This document shows, one piece after another, positions 11,801 to 20,771 of a stretch of DNA of 33,746 bases. A program made the translations under genes and the position numbers. The stretch lies in assembly GCA_010093745.1 (NCBI GenBank), contig MU006052.1:1-33746 (forward strand), given 5' to 3'. The stretch is from Piedraia hortae CBS 480.64 (Eukaryota). The notes beneath the pieces were generated by a model. It was not told the origin of the DNA and ran no database searches. It saw nothing but the letters and a program-made list of their open reading frames with translations. Positions within the stretch are counted from its first letter, which is position 1, and every line of letters begins with the position of its first letter.

Positions 11801-13021
11801 TACACCGAGAACTGATTTACCAAGCCATTGCACGGCGACAATAGCCTCCTCCGCTTCCCACCGACTTCTGGGTTCGAAATGAAGACCTTTGTCTTCGATA
11901 TTGACATCGAGGATTCTCAAGATGTTTGACCAACAGTAGACAAGCTTGGACGCAGAGTGACCCTCTGAATGCTTCAATTTAACAGCCGGAAACCAAGCCA
12001 GGCATCCAGAGAGTGTGCTATGAGGCTGGACATCTTTCGGACGCGGCGTTTTATACTGCGTTTGAGCAGTTGGGGTGGTAGAGACAATGACTAGAAGATA
12101 CGGCGTCAAAATGGCGGTGATACCCATGGTATCAGTCGGCTGCTCTACATTGCCCAGCGGCAAAGGCGCAAAAGCAAGTACCGAACTGGACTTCCTGCCA
12201 GTTGGAGCATATCTGCCAAGTAGTCGAGTGGTCTGCACGGCTCGAGTAATGGGACCTAGTCCACGACTGGCAATATGGGAGAAAGCCATTCCACTTGCTC
12301 CGGCAGACACCAGAGCTGTGTGTCTGGAGCCAAGGAAGCCCACGTGCAGGACCGCAGAGCCAACAACATGGCCATCTGGATGTTCAGCTTGCTTGAGGAC
12401 GTTAGGATCCAGCGGCGGAATCTGTACAAACGGCTTCCCAGGATTGCTTATTTCCCAGGTAAATATGTGACCATTCGCATGACCGGCAACAAGTGTTGTA
12501 TAATCTGCAGAGATTGCGAGAGCTGTAACGCTGCCACACTCTGCGGCTTTAGTTCCCTGGCCGATTATTACCTTGAGGGTCTGGTGATAGTCGAAGCCGA
12601 GAATGAGTCCTTTAGAGGTGCCGATTGCAATCAAAGCAGAGACTGCAAGACTTGTGGGCTTGCCAAACTTGCTGGTAGTAGCTTCTGTAAATGCCTGGCT
12701 GGTTATTTTACGAAGCCGCGTCCAGCGAACGACTTCCCATGGAGCCTGGGTCGGCTCATCGTCTGAAGCAGCCTGGGAAGAAAATTGCGACACGTATGAG
12801 ATCTGGCGGAAGTGCGGAGTCAGAGAGGGTGTAGAAAAGCCAGAATCCAGCCGTCTCTCAAAAGGATTAGCAGTCTGGGTAGATTTCCGAGGCCCGACAT
12901 GGGCTATGGGAGATATTGAGCCCTGCAGAGACGGACTATCGTCTGGGCTCGAGTTGAACACCGAGCTTGCGTCTTCAGCGCCTTCCCCATCGCTGCCTCC
13001 AGAGATGGAGCTCATTAGCAT
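8879..13021 (-). CDS. VPS8: Vacuolar protein sorting-associated protein 8 (CORVET complex subunit)
   Basis: Uninterrupted 1380-aa ORF. It has an N-terminal beta-propeller region (IAIGTSKGLILGFDYHQ, LAISADYTTLVAGHANGHIFTWE), a Vps8 helical region (LCRLDPLSFDLDEITVLCKQHRLFDALIYVW) and a C-terminal RING-like motif (CERC...CGHGFHRKC...CLVC). Confidence 0.93.
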   Translation of the reverse strand: MLMSSISGGSDGEGAEDASSVFNSSPDDSPSLQGSISPIAHVGPRKSTQTANPFERRLDSGFSTPSLTPHFRQISYVSQFSSQAASDDEPTQAPWEVVRWTRLRKITSQAFTEATTSKFGKPTSLAVSALIAIGTSKGLILGFDYHQTLKVIIGQGTKAAECGSVTALAISADYTTLVAGHANGHIFTWEISNPGKPFVQIPPLDPNVLKQAEHPDGHVVGSAVLHVGFLGSRHTALVSAGASGMAFSHIASRGLGPITRAVQTTRLLGRYAPTGRKSSSVLAFAPLPLGNVEQPTDTMGITAILTPYLLVIVSTTPTAQTQYKTPRPKDVQPHSTLSGCLAWFPAVKLKHSEGHSASKLVYCWSNILRILDVNIEDKGLHFEPRSRWEAEEAIVAVQWLGKSVLGVLTISQRLLILEDGSLEVTDSVDLLQRHIYHQDFFSEQLRMAVEQTESTMHGVVADAFYMSFRVYKGRTFLLGFNDLTVGTLSNWADRLIAFMENGDYISAIRLAAAYYSGSTSNITIGLPDDDVARQNLVKERLLAMITASLKYTFAQDDLGRLRELTEVCFTACVAATEEQFLIETVFELYEEEEEQEIFISVLEPYILHGQISSLPPEFIKVVVAHYISTNQAARLETLLCRLDPLSFDLDEITVLCKQHRLFDALIYVWTQGIGDYVTPFMDLLRLIPLCDEANIYYQSAVKVFPYLAYSLTGRTYPKGDTISPEKPQADLFKVLFSHSSELTPGTAFPYLSQLFQFSTPLLLRTLNEAFEAIIPASLYSRQDIINILLDVSKQQDLSAHQRVYVNMFIARNVAKYSRKDIVLSSALLDDVLDQLCLPLGEEGTQLRADRELSVEYLLSAYRPRDIASLLAKLRASGFRSATKYLLRVENRWAEFLRVFFPTPTRDVFAAIAQSLSSAPSAQTPEIQSLVVDNISTLLDLSTAETAMVLAEHKDLLHAVLDALREDRNSQDSGEYNLLLALPPSVRIHFEDRFIQLMCIHEPSRIASHLSLVPATKLELDTLLPTLEATGVIDAQVVLLHKKGLLARALGKVVARIQVLGRALNELELGRKGVLWGRDEKGRDASRELMMEIAKFANLGIWLCSGAEGRESEELWTDLLTVLLTIVRKGENYSAGGGSLEGSTSEEVPGGTVTPSRERSSNKNFSSHGTPTHEASTQQHTSKPKTEDLSLTTIIHKAITAGIFACPSTPSAKRPSFSPSSSALQPNLLTILRKTLSSPNIKPQISSLRPFLAEIFQTYAHSQTILKIANTLLDAQSFDSIETFRTERMRGWRPRDQTCERCGVKVWGEGLDDGVWEEWKNLQSRRNELKEGKRTPRRPGKERSREARDASRDLVVFRCGHGFHRKCIDTVTGGWMCLVCG

Positions 13022-13102
13022 GCGACCATAACTTCACCGCAGGGTGCGTCAATGGTGGATTGGGAAGGTGCGGATCACTGTGACAACGCCAAACCCACGC
13101 AA

Positions 13103-13726
13103 ATGGCGACAATCGGTCCCACGCTGCCGCCACACTTGGTCGCAAAGAGGAAGCGACAACAGGAAGCGCAAGAGAAAGCCGAGAAGAAGCAGCGCATAGC
13201 GGACTCGGAGAGCGACGATGATTATGGGCCCGCGCTGCCGTCGCAAGAGGACACCGTGAAAATTCAAGCACACAGCGAGGAGAAAGAGTATAAAGAGCTG
13301 CCAAAGACACTACGTGACGGTTGGATGACAATGCCGCCAGACCAGGATGACCTGAAAGCGCGAATGGACCCGTCGCGGCGCAGGGCTCGCGGCTTCAAGA
13401 TGACAACTGCATCAGACAGTGGCTCTACATGGAATGAAACGCCCGCGGAGAAGCGGAAGAGACTGCACAACGAGGCAATGGGCATTACGGAGGATAAAGC
13501 TGAGCGCATAGAGAAGAAGTCAGAGGGCCCAAGGAATGTAAACCGCGGTCCATCGTTGATGGAGCAACACAAGACAAAAGCAGCCGAAGCTGAAGATGAC
13601 CCAAGCAAACGTGGATTTGATCGTGAAAAAGACATGAAAAGTGGACTCGGGAACGCGCAGCGACGCGACTTGGTCAAGCGCTCGAGCGGATTCGCGTCCA
13701 AATTTTCCGGCGGAGGGTTTCTGTAA
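13103..13726 (+). CDS. DUF3752 / GPALPP-motif-containing protein
   Basis: IGPTLPP and YGPALP motifs, RDGWMTMPP, WNETPAEKRKR, SLMEQH, RGFDREKDM, and C-terminal FASKFSGGGFL. The start is placed at ATG 13103 rather than 13052 because the family typically begins M..IGP.LPP. Confidence 0.85.
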   Translation: MATIGPTLPPHLVAKRKRQQEAQEKAEKKQRIADSESDDDYGPALPSQEDTVKIQAHSEEKEYKELPKTLRDGWMTMPPDQDDLKARMDPSRRRARGFKMTTASDSGSTWNETPAEKRKRLHNEAMGITEDKAERIEKKSEGPRNVNRGPSLMEQHKTKAAEAEDDPSKRGFDREKDMKSGLGNAQRRDLVKRSSGFASKFSGGGFL

Positions 13727-13821
13727 ATAACCTGAATTAAAGTGATGACGTCGCCCGATAACCTTCCCTGATTGGTCAGATGAAACACGTCAACCCCCAT
13801 TTCCCAACGTCAACTGACACA

Positions 13822-14333
13822 ATGACATCTATCATGTGGAAGCGACAGCAAGATGACGACTGGGAAGGTAATGACTATTATGACGGCAACTGGTTTGATT
13901 CTTCGGTAAGTCGCTTAGCTGATGACAATGCGCAAAGCTGATCGGTCAGGATGGCATGGTAATTCGCTATGTCGCGGTGGCGCTCTTCTTCACTGCCATC
14001 ATGCTCTTCATTATTGGCAGTCACGTCCACGCGCGTCGACGGCTAAGCAAAGGACTCCAGCCGCTGACCTATCACCGATGGACGGTGCGCAACCGCCACG
14101 CGAGGCCGAATGAATTCCAGAACGTGCCGCAACATCCGGCATATGCAATGGAGAACTGCGCGGCCCCTCCGCCAGCCTACAACCACGACGAAGCACCGCC
14201 GCCCGTCTACTCCCCGCCAGAGGGTGCGTCTAAGATTGCGGCCGAGCAAAACTATCAGCCTCGGTCCGTTGGAGAGGCGAGCCAAGGTCCTTTACCAGCA
14301 CCGCCACAGGCACACCAAGGCCCTATTTCGTAA
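13822..14333 (+). CDS. RCR-family (Rcr1/2-like) single-pass membrane protein with PY motifs; 2 exons (13822-13905, 13950-14333), 155 aa
   Basis: A 44-nt GTAAGT...GCTGAT...CAG intron (13906-13949) joins the exons in frame. A hydrophobic helix (YVAVALFFTAIMLFIIG) is followed by HARRRLSKGLQPLTYHRW and PPPAY/PPPVY motifs. Confidence 0.8.
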
Positions 14334-14415
14334 TCGCAGGTTGGAGTGATTAGTTAAGATATACTGGTGATGAGTAGATATAGTCTTCATGTTGATGTTA
14401 TGGATTCCAGTCGTG

Positions 14416-14955
14416 TCATGCGCAAGATGCCAACATATTGCCAACGACGCCGACTAGCGCGCGGTTCTCCATGGCGGCGGTCACTCGTTCCTTGTCCGAC
14501 AGTTGCTTGTTCACCTCGTCAGCCGTGTTGGTAGTGCCTGGTTTGATGCCGACGTCGACTCTGAAGCGCGGGGGTAAACTGTTGAGTAGCCGAACCTTGA
14601 CCCCTAGTCCAATAACGGTTGTCAGAGAACACGCTGATGTTGTCGGCGTCAGCAAGACCTTCACCGTCGTCAGTCTCGAGCTTGGCGGGGACTCCAACGA
14701 GATGTCTTCCAGACGCACTACGCCCAGAGAGCCCAGCGACAGCGGATGCTCGGGATCGGTGATGGGGGCAATGAGGTCAAATACTTCCTGCTCATCAATC
14801 TCCTCACCCTCATCATCTCCCTTGGGGAAGGCGTCAGGCACAGATGCAGCAGGATCTAGCGAGTCAAAGAGACCCGACCGTGCTGCCGGCTGGGGGGGAC
14901 GACGGCGTGAGGGCAAGTGGGTAAGCACTGCAGGATTCGCATTATCCTTTTCCAT
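14416..14955 (-). CDS. CIA2: Cytosolic Fe-S cluster assembly factor Cia2 (FAM96B/MIP18 family)
   Basis: MEKDNANP start, IDEQEVFDLIAPITDPEHPLSLGSLGVV, TPTTSACSLTTVIGLGVKVRL, VNKQLSDKERVTAAMEN. The upstream G-rich extension to 15072 is treated as non-coding. Confidence 0.92.
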   Translation of the reverse strand: MEKDNANPAVLTHLPSRRRPPQPAARSGLFDSLDPAASVPDAFPKGDDEGEEIDEQEVFDLIAPITDPEHPLSLGSLGVVRLEDISLESPPSSRLTTVKVLLTPTTSACSLTTVIGLGVKVRLLNSLPPRFRVDVGIKPGTTNTADEVNKQLSDKERVTAAMENRALVGVVGNMLASCA

Positions 14956-15150
14956 TGATTTTGCTGGTTGGTGCGAGAGGGGCAGCGCCAAGCCCCCACC
15001 CCCCCTCCCCCCGCCTGTTGGTGGTGGGACCCCGCCCCCGCCACGGCCCGAGGAGACTTCACCTGTCACCATCTAACGCTCCGCGCCGAACAAAACCCCC
15101 CTCCGACCGTCGACACAACACTCCCCGGCGGTTGTCGCCGCGGCAGGCAG

Positions 15151-17722
15151 ATGGACGGTCATTCCGCGCCCACAAACCATACAAAGCAATATGTCTTTGT
15201 CGACGAGTACAACCGCCACAAGCGGCTCAAGGTGATGCGCGCATGCGACGGCTGTCGTAAACGCAAGATTCGCTGCGATGGAGCGCTTCAAAATGGACCA
15301 TGGCCGTGTGGCGCCTGCGTAAGGCTGAAGCTCAAGTGCGTTCCGCCGTCGCTTGATGTCGATGAAGAACAGCAGCAGCCGACCACCGGCCAGTTTACGT
15401 TCCCCGCAACGGTGCAGGGTCGTCGACCAACACCCGACTGGCCGCAAGCGCCGCTACCGGCTGCCCTTGATGTCGGTATGTACCAGGCGCCCATGTTGAC
15501 GCACCCACCGCCGCGGCTGGATTCAAGCCTTGGTGGCGACGACTTCTTCGCGTCCCCGTACGGCCCCAGCGCACTCGGTTATATGGGCGCGACGACAGAG
15601 ACGCCTGGCAGTTCGGCCAGCGATGCGCAGGATATGAACGATAATGTCAAGGAGCTGACAGGACAGATGGGAGACCTGTCCATCGAGGTGACCAGCGTCG
15701 CGCCGTGGATCGCGAACGAGAAGCGTGCACTCGAGGGCACGCCGGTGGTTGAGGAGAACGATGTGCTTCTTCCACCGTCTGTCAGTGCGGACTCGACAGT
15801 GCGTGTCCCGCCGGAGATGATGCCGTCCGAAGAACGGGCAATGCAGTATTTCCATTACTTCTTCGAACACGTCCACCCTTATGTACCAGTACTGAACCGT
15901 GAACACTTCTACCGCCAGTGGCAAACATCACGAATGCAAATCTCGCCGCTGCTGCTTGAAGGCATCTTTGCCTGCGCAACACGGTACTTGGAGGAGCCAA
16001 TAGAAGCCCGAAAATGGCTAGCTCTCGCTGCCCGTCATGAAGAGAGCTTCAAGGATGTACCGCGGCTGAGCACAATCCAGGCTCTGCTGCTGCTCACCAA
16101 GGCACGCGAATTTCAACCACGTCGAGGGTACTTTTACCGCTCGTGGATGACGGTCAAGTACATGATCGGCATGGCGATGGATCTGCTGCTGCATGAGCAC
16201 TATGACAATCACCGAGGCGCCATCCGCTGCAAGAAGCCCCGCGAGGAGTGTCTAGTGCTCATGCGCATCTGGCACACTCTGTTTGGCCTTGAGATTCTGG
16301 TTGGAGCTCCCCAGGGTCGCACTGACTTTGCAATCGAGGCTGAGACTTTGGACTTTAACGAGCCCATAGCTACGCCAGACGTAAATCCCTATGAGATCTC
16401 TGTCTCGCGCCGCACGGTCTATATGAGCCAGGTGTTTCGCAATATCAAGCAGACGAACAAATTATGGCAGCGCATGCGGCGGTACAAGAGTGATTGGGCC
16501 TTGGATCCGGCGTTTGTTCGCCATAACAAGGATCTTACGACTTGGCTGGCCCAAGTTCCCTCCGACCTCCAGTTGCACTATCCAGATGATGACAGTGCGC
16601 CTTGGCTTGGCGGTGACCATTTTGTGGCTTATATCCACATCTACCACCATCTGGTCGTCATAATGCACCATCGACCACAGCTGCAGGCGCTGTTAGAGCG
16701 ACGAGATGCAAATTTCAAGACACACTTGGAAGAGTGCGTGTCGTCGGCCACGTACTTATGTCGTGTCCAGGAAGCCCTTGTTCGAGAGTTTGACCTAGAT
16801 GGCCTCAACTTCATGCAACGGGGGATCAACTTTACCATTTATTGTGCCTTGACATGCATGATGCTGCACTTGGTAGGTAGTCTCTTTCTCGTCCTTGATA
16901 AAACTGATAACAGTCCAGGCTTCCATTACCTGTCCAGACGCTGAACTCAATAAAACCGGCCGCGAGTTCTTTGTGCGGCAGATGCGCATCTTGGAAAAGT
17001 GCATCCCTTCTGCGAGTCCGGAGCTAAAGGCGCAGATCAACTCCTTAAGGGAAGCCTTCAGCAACGACATAAGTATGCCGTTCGAACTCAAGCCCACCCT
17101 TGGTCTCCGCAGTCCTTCGATGGGAAGTCAGTCGAGCTCTCCTGGTATGCGTAGAGACACTCCCACTCGTCAATCATCCTCGGCAGCAACCTGGGCGGCT
17201 GCCTCGTCCAAAACCCTCAGCCCGGCAACGGATTACACGACCTCGTTTGACACAGTCGTGGACTACCACCGCTATCCTGCCGAATCCTCCCCAGAACATG
17301 ACGGGTTACAATGCTCAGCACCTCCAACTGGCTATAGCCTAGAACAGGTCATTTTTAACGAACAACACCAGCCTCCACCACCTGTATGGGATCCATCTGG
17401 CATCTTCCAACAATGGAACAGCGCTTTCGGTCCACCTGTCCAGCCCCCTCCTTCCATGTCGCAGCAAGCAGCTTTGCAAGCCGTCACCGCACCGTCTGTG
17501 GCGGCTATGTACGGCACTCCAACCAACATAGCTGGCCACCATGTAGCAGCCGCACAGCTATCGCCGGAGCCGGCCATCTCAACGGCCCCGACAGTGACTT
17601 CGCTCATGTGGCAGGACGCCTTTACAACGGCATATGTCTCCGGACACGGCAATAAGCGGTATCGATCGCACAATACGGATGGCCATGGTGACTATGGCGG
17701 GTTTACCAAACGGAGGGGTTAG
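15151..17722 (+). CDS. Fungal Zn(II)2Cys6 transcription factor with Fungal_trans domain; 2 exons (15151-16872, 16919-17722), about 841 aa
   Basis: ACDGCRKRKIRCDGALQNGPWPCGACVRLKLKC binuclear cluster, and YFFEHVHPYVPVL...STIQALLLL middle homology region. A 46-nt phase-0 intron GTAGGT...ACTGAT...CAG (16873-16918) joins the two listed ORFs (LHL|ASITCPD). Confidence 0.92.
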
Positions 17723-18190
17723 TGTGCATCCTTTCTTGCTCATCCAAGAAGGATATCTGGGCGGATGTTGTATATGATCTAAGTTCCATCTTCGCATGTT
17801 GTGGAGAGAACTGACATACACCACTATATGATGATGTGACGAGTTAATCCGGGCGTGCTATATATCGTGAAGTGACTCCCAGCAACTGTTTGTGGAAGGG
17901 CTATACACAAACTAACGCAGTAAGGGAACTCCCTTCCAAAGAGCTTTACTACTGGCAGGCTCCACGGCTGCCTCATGGTAATATGTTAATCTCCAGTTTC
18001 TAATATGGGCAAACTATTCTCGCATAGCTCGCTAGTAACTGGTTGGCAAAGCAGACAGTCCCAAGGCGAAGAAGAGATGATGTCGAACGGAAGATCCGAC
18101 CATCTGCTTGTCAAGCGGAATCCTTCCGCCTGACCACCACCCCACTAACACCAACACCAACGCCCCATCAGCAGCCACCGACTACCGCCC

Positions 18191-18943
18191 ATGGCACCAA
18201 TAAACCCAGCCCAACCTCTCCGATTCCTCGGCTCTAAGCACTTCGGAAGCTTTCACACCCACACCCAACGCACTTCTCTCCAACACGCCATCCTTACATC
18301 AGCTCTATCCCACATCCCAACCCACGGCTTTAGTCAAACGACCCTCTCCCTTGCCGCTCAAGAACAGGGTCTCCCTGAGATCTCCATCCCCGCTCTCCTC
18401 CCTCGCGGCGCTGCAGATCTCGTTCTCTTCCGCCTTCAAAAAGAGCGACTCGCGCTAAGCCGAAACATCCAACCTTGGTTTTCCTCTCCTTCTGCACCAA
18501 CCAGCTCACCACCTTCACAGCCTCACCACGGCCGTACCGATGCCCCTACGCTAAGAAACATCATTCTCACCCGCCTCGCCGCAAACAGACCTATCGTCAC
18601 CCACCTGAAGCAGAGTCTTGCCCTCATCTCCCTTGTGGAGAATCTTACTCCCGCGGTGAATGAACTTGAACTTCTTGCAGATGAAATCGTATACCTTGCG
18701 GGGGGAAAGGATCTCGGACCCGCGTGGTATGCGTCGCGCATGGGGATTATGGGGATTTATTTCTCCGCAGAGATTTTGCAGAGTAATCCTAACACTGAGT
18801 GGAGGGATGTGGAGGGTTTCGTGTATCGGAGAGTGGATGAGTTTAAAAAGGTGGGAAGTGTGTTGGGGAGCATAGGGGAATGGGCGTATCTCCAGGCCAG
18901 AGGGGTGGTACAGTTGGGACGGAATACGGGGATGGGGATTTAA
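18191..18943 (+). CDS. COQ9: Ubiquinone biosynthesis protein Coq9
   Basis: AILTSALSHIPTHGFSQ, LLPRGAADLV, ELELLADEIVYLAGG, and WYASRMGIMGIYFSAE (family WYTKR..L..IY...E) in a 250-aa ORF. Confidence 0.85.
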   Translation: MAPINPAQPLRFLGSKHFGSFHTHTQRTSLQHAILTSALSHIPTHGFSQTTLSLAAQEQGLPEISIPALLPRGAADLVLFRLQKERLALSRNIQPWFSSPSAPTSSPPSQPHHGRTDAPTLRNIILTRLAANRPIVTHLKQSLALISLVENLTPAVNELELLADEIVYLAGGKDLGPAWYASRMGIMGIYFSAEILQSNPNTEWRDVEGFVYRRVDEFKKVGSVLGSIGEWAYLQARGVVQLGRNTGMGI

Positions 18944-19734
18944 GTCTATGAGTGAGTGAGCTCGTACCTGGAGGGGCTGCTAGATGGACCAGATCCAGAG
19001 AAGGCGGTACTGGAGTGACGAGTCGTGGAGTAGCTAATGTCCCGCCGGACGGAAAGTCGACTGTTCTGATAAAACCCGTGATGAGTGGTCTTGTAGGTTG
19101 AAAGAGACTAGACTAGACTAGAAGAGTATCGCTGCTCCTTTTTATGTTCAAGGCCGAAGTGTTGATGGAGTCATGGTGCCCAGTCTTTCAACTAAAGGAC
19201 TGAAAAATGGCAACTCGTTCGTTGCTCGTGAACTGTGCCAAACGATGAGCGAGAGGCTCTCTACGACTCAAAAAGGCTGGTGAGCCGCACCCATGGACGT
19301 GGATTGCTCCCTCAATTGTCTTGCCAATGAGTCGACGCACATTGAACTCTAAATCCAGATCATCAAAGTGCACTTCTGCGCTTATTGTTCGTTAGCCTCG
19401 AGGGCATTATTCATGATTACGTCTCCCTGTGGGGGATATACAGCGTGGAAAATATGGAGCTTATAAAGCGCACAACTGAAAGGCACGTGACCTCCTAACT
19501 CTATCATCTATTTGCAACCCGCACAACGAAGTGTGATATCTTCGTAGGGGTTTCGCTTGGTTGGAGTGACCAGCTAAGACTATTGTGCCTCATTCCGAAG
19601 ACTTTCAGCTGGATCCTCCGCTACCACGACCTTCCCTTAGTCTAGTGTGGACGTGATGTTAGGTATGGTAAGCTGTTTCACTCCTCCGCCATCTATGACC
19701 GACCGAGCTGAACCGAGGACAGTTATGACCACCG

Positions 19735-20433
19735 TCAAGGCTCACCCCTCGCCCTCATTTCCATCTCATATTCCATCTGCGCCCTCAAACGAATACACCT
19801 CCACCCATTCCTCACCACATTCGCCATTGACGAGCCCCTCAACTTCTCAACAGCCTCCTCCACCGGCACCAGCTGCCCAACATAGTAACTCTCCTCTTGA
19901 TTAACCCCCGTTCCTGCATGATGCACCGGCTCGTACGCATCCTCAGCCACAATCCTCTGCCTCAGCGTCAAGCCCTCTTCCCACGGCACCGGCGGCACAT
20001 ATCCTCCGTCCACTCCCGTCTCTAACTCCCTCGGCACCGTCTCCGCCACATACCAAAAAAGCATATACTGCCTCTGATTCGCCAGCGGCAAAATCTGTGT
20101 CAAGATCGGCTCCGTCACAAACGGCCTCGCAGTGCGAGCCTCCACGACCCCCGCCCCATCTTCATAAGGTTGGCAATGCGCAATTGGCAACGGAAGGACA
20201 CGGTTCCTGTATCCCGATTCTTCAAATCCCTCACGTTCGGCGGCGGTTTTTGTCCCCTCGCCCGCGTTCCGACGTCCTTTGGGGAGGAAGTAGTAATCTT
20301 CGCGCGTGTGGTAGCAGAGCACGACTCGCGCAGTGGAGAGGTGGAAGATGGCGACTCCACAGCCGATCACGAGCTTGTGACAGGGGATGTTAAGATAGAT
20401 GGGTTCTGGAGAGGGGGGTCGAGGACGCGGCAT
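19735..20433 (-). CDS. Nudix hydrolase
   Basis: Canonical Nudix box GRRNAGEGTKTAAEREGFEESGY (GX5EX7REUXEEXGU) preceded by FLPK, in a 232-aa ORF. Confidence 0.88.
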   Translation of the reverse strand: MPRPRPPSPEPIYLNIPCHKLVIGCGVAIFHLSTARVVLCYHTREDYYFLPKGRRNAGEGTKTAAEREGFEESGYRNRVLPLPIAHCQPYEDGAGVVEARTARPFVTEPILTQILPLANQRQYMLFWYVAETVPRELETGVDGGYVPPVPWEEGLTLRQRIVAEDAYEPVHHAGTGVNQEESYYVGQLVPVEEAVEKLRGSSMANVVRNGWRCIRLRAQMEYEMEMRARGEP

Positions 20434-20653
20434 GGATGATGCTGCGTTATCGCGGACTAATGGTTGGGTTTGGTTAGGGTTGCGGGCCTCGCTTTTGCAT
20501 AAGTGGGGCGAGAGGGTTGGGGCGGGGTGCCGAGCTTTGGATTTGAATCTGGCGCACGCTGGGGTTGTGGGTTGATTGGTGGCATTGAAGGGCTCGTTTG
20601 TAGCAGTTGAACGAGGAATGAGGCGAAGAGGGATGCACTTAAGAGGATTAGGA

Positions 20654-20771
20654 AGTTAAAGGGGACGAACTGATAGTGTGAGTACACTAAGACATGAATA
20701 ATAGTATTGTTATGTGTGCTACATACATAAAGGACGTTGTACATGGTCATCACGTGACACATCCTTCAACT
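20654..20771. mobile_element. 118-bp element with AGTT...AACT inverted ends and 5-bp TSD TAGGA (copy 1)
   Basis: AGTTAAAGGG...TCCTTCAACT flanked by TAGGA at 20649-20653 and 20772-20776. Collinear with 32988-33106. Confidence 0.88.

Noticed and set aside
14438..15076. 212-aa antisense ORF over CIA2, and similar antisense ORFs over VPS8 and the DUF3752 gene
   Set aside because: Shadow ORFs of GC-rich coding sequence with no recognisable motifs.
14968..15150. N-terminal extensions making CIA2 and the Zn2Cys6 gene overlap
   Set aside because: The extensions translate low-complexity C/G tracts; family-typical starts lie at 14955 and 15151.
19188..19430. Small possibly spliced - strand ORF between COQ9 and the Nudix gene (CTAAC...AG upstream)
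   Set aside because: No clear first exon or start and no recognisable domain.
19610..19650. Short inverted similarity to 22365-22400 (GGAAGGTCGTGRTAG)
   Set aside because: About 15 bp of core match that does not extend consistently.
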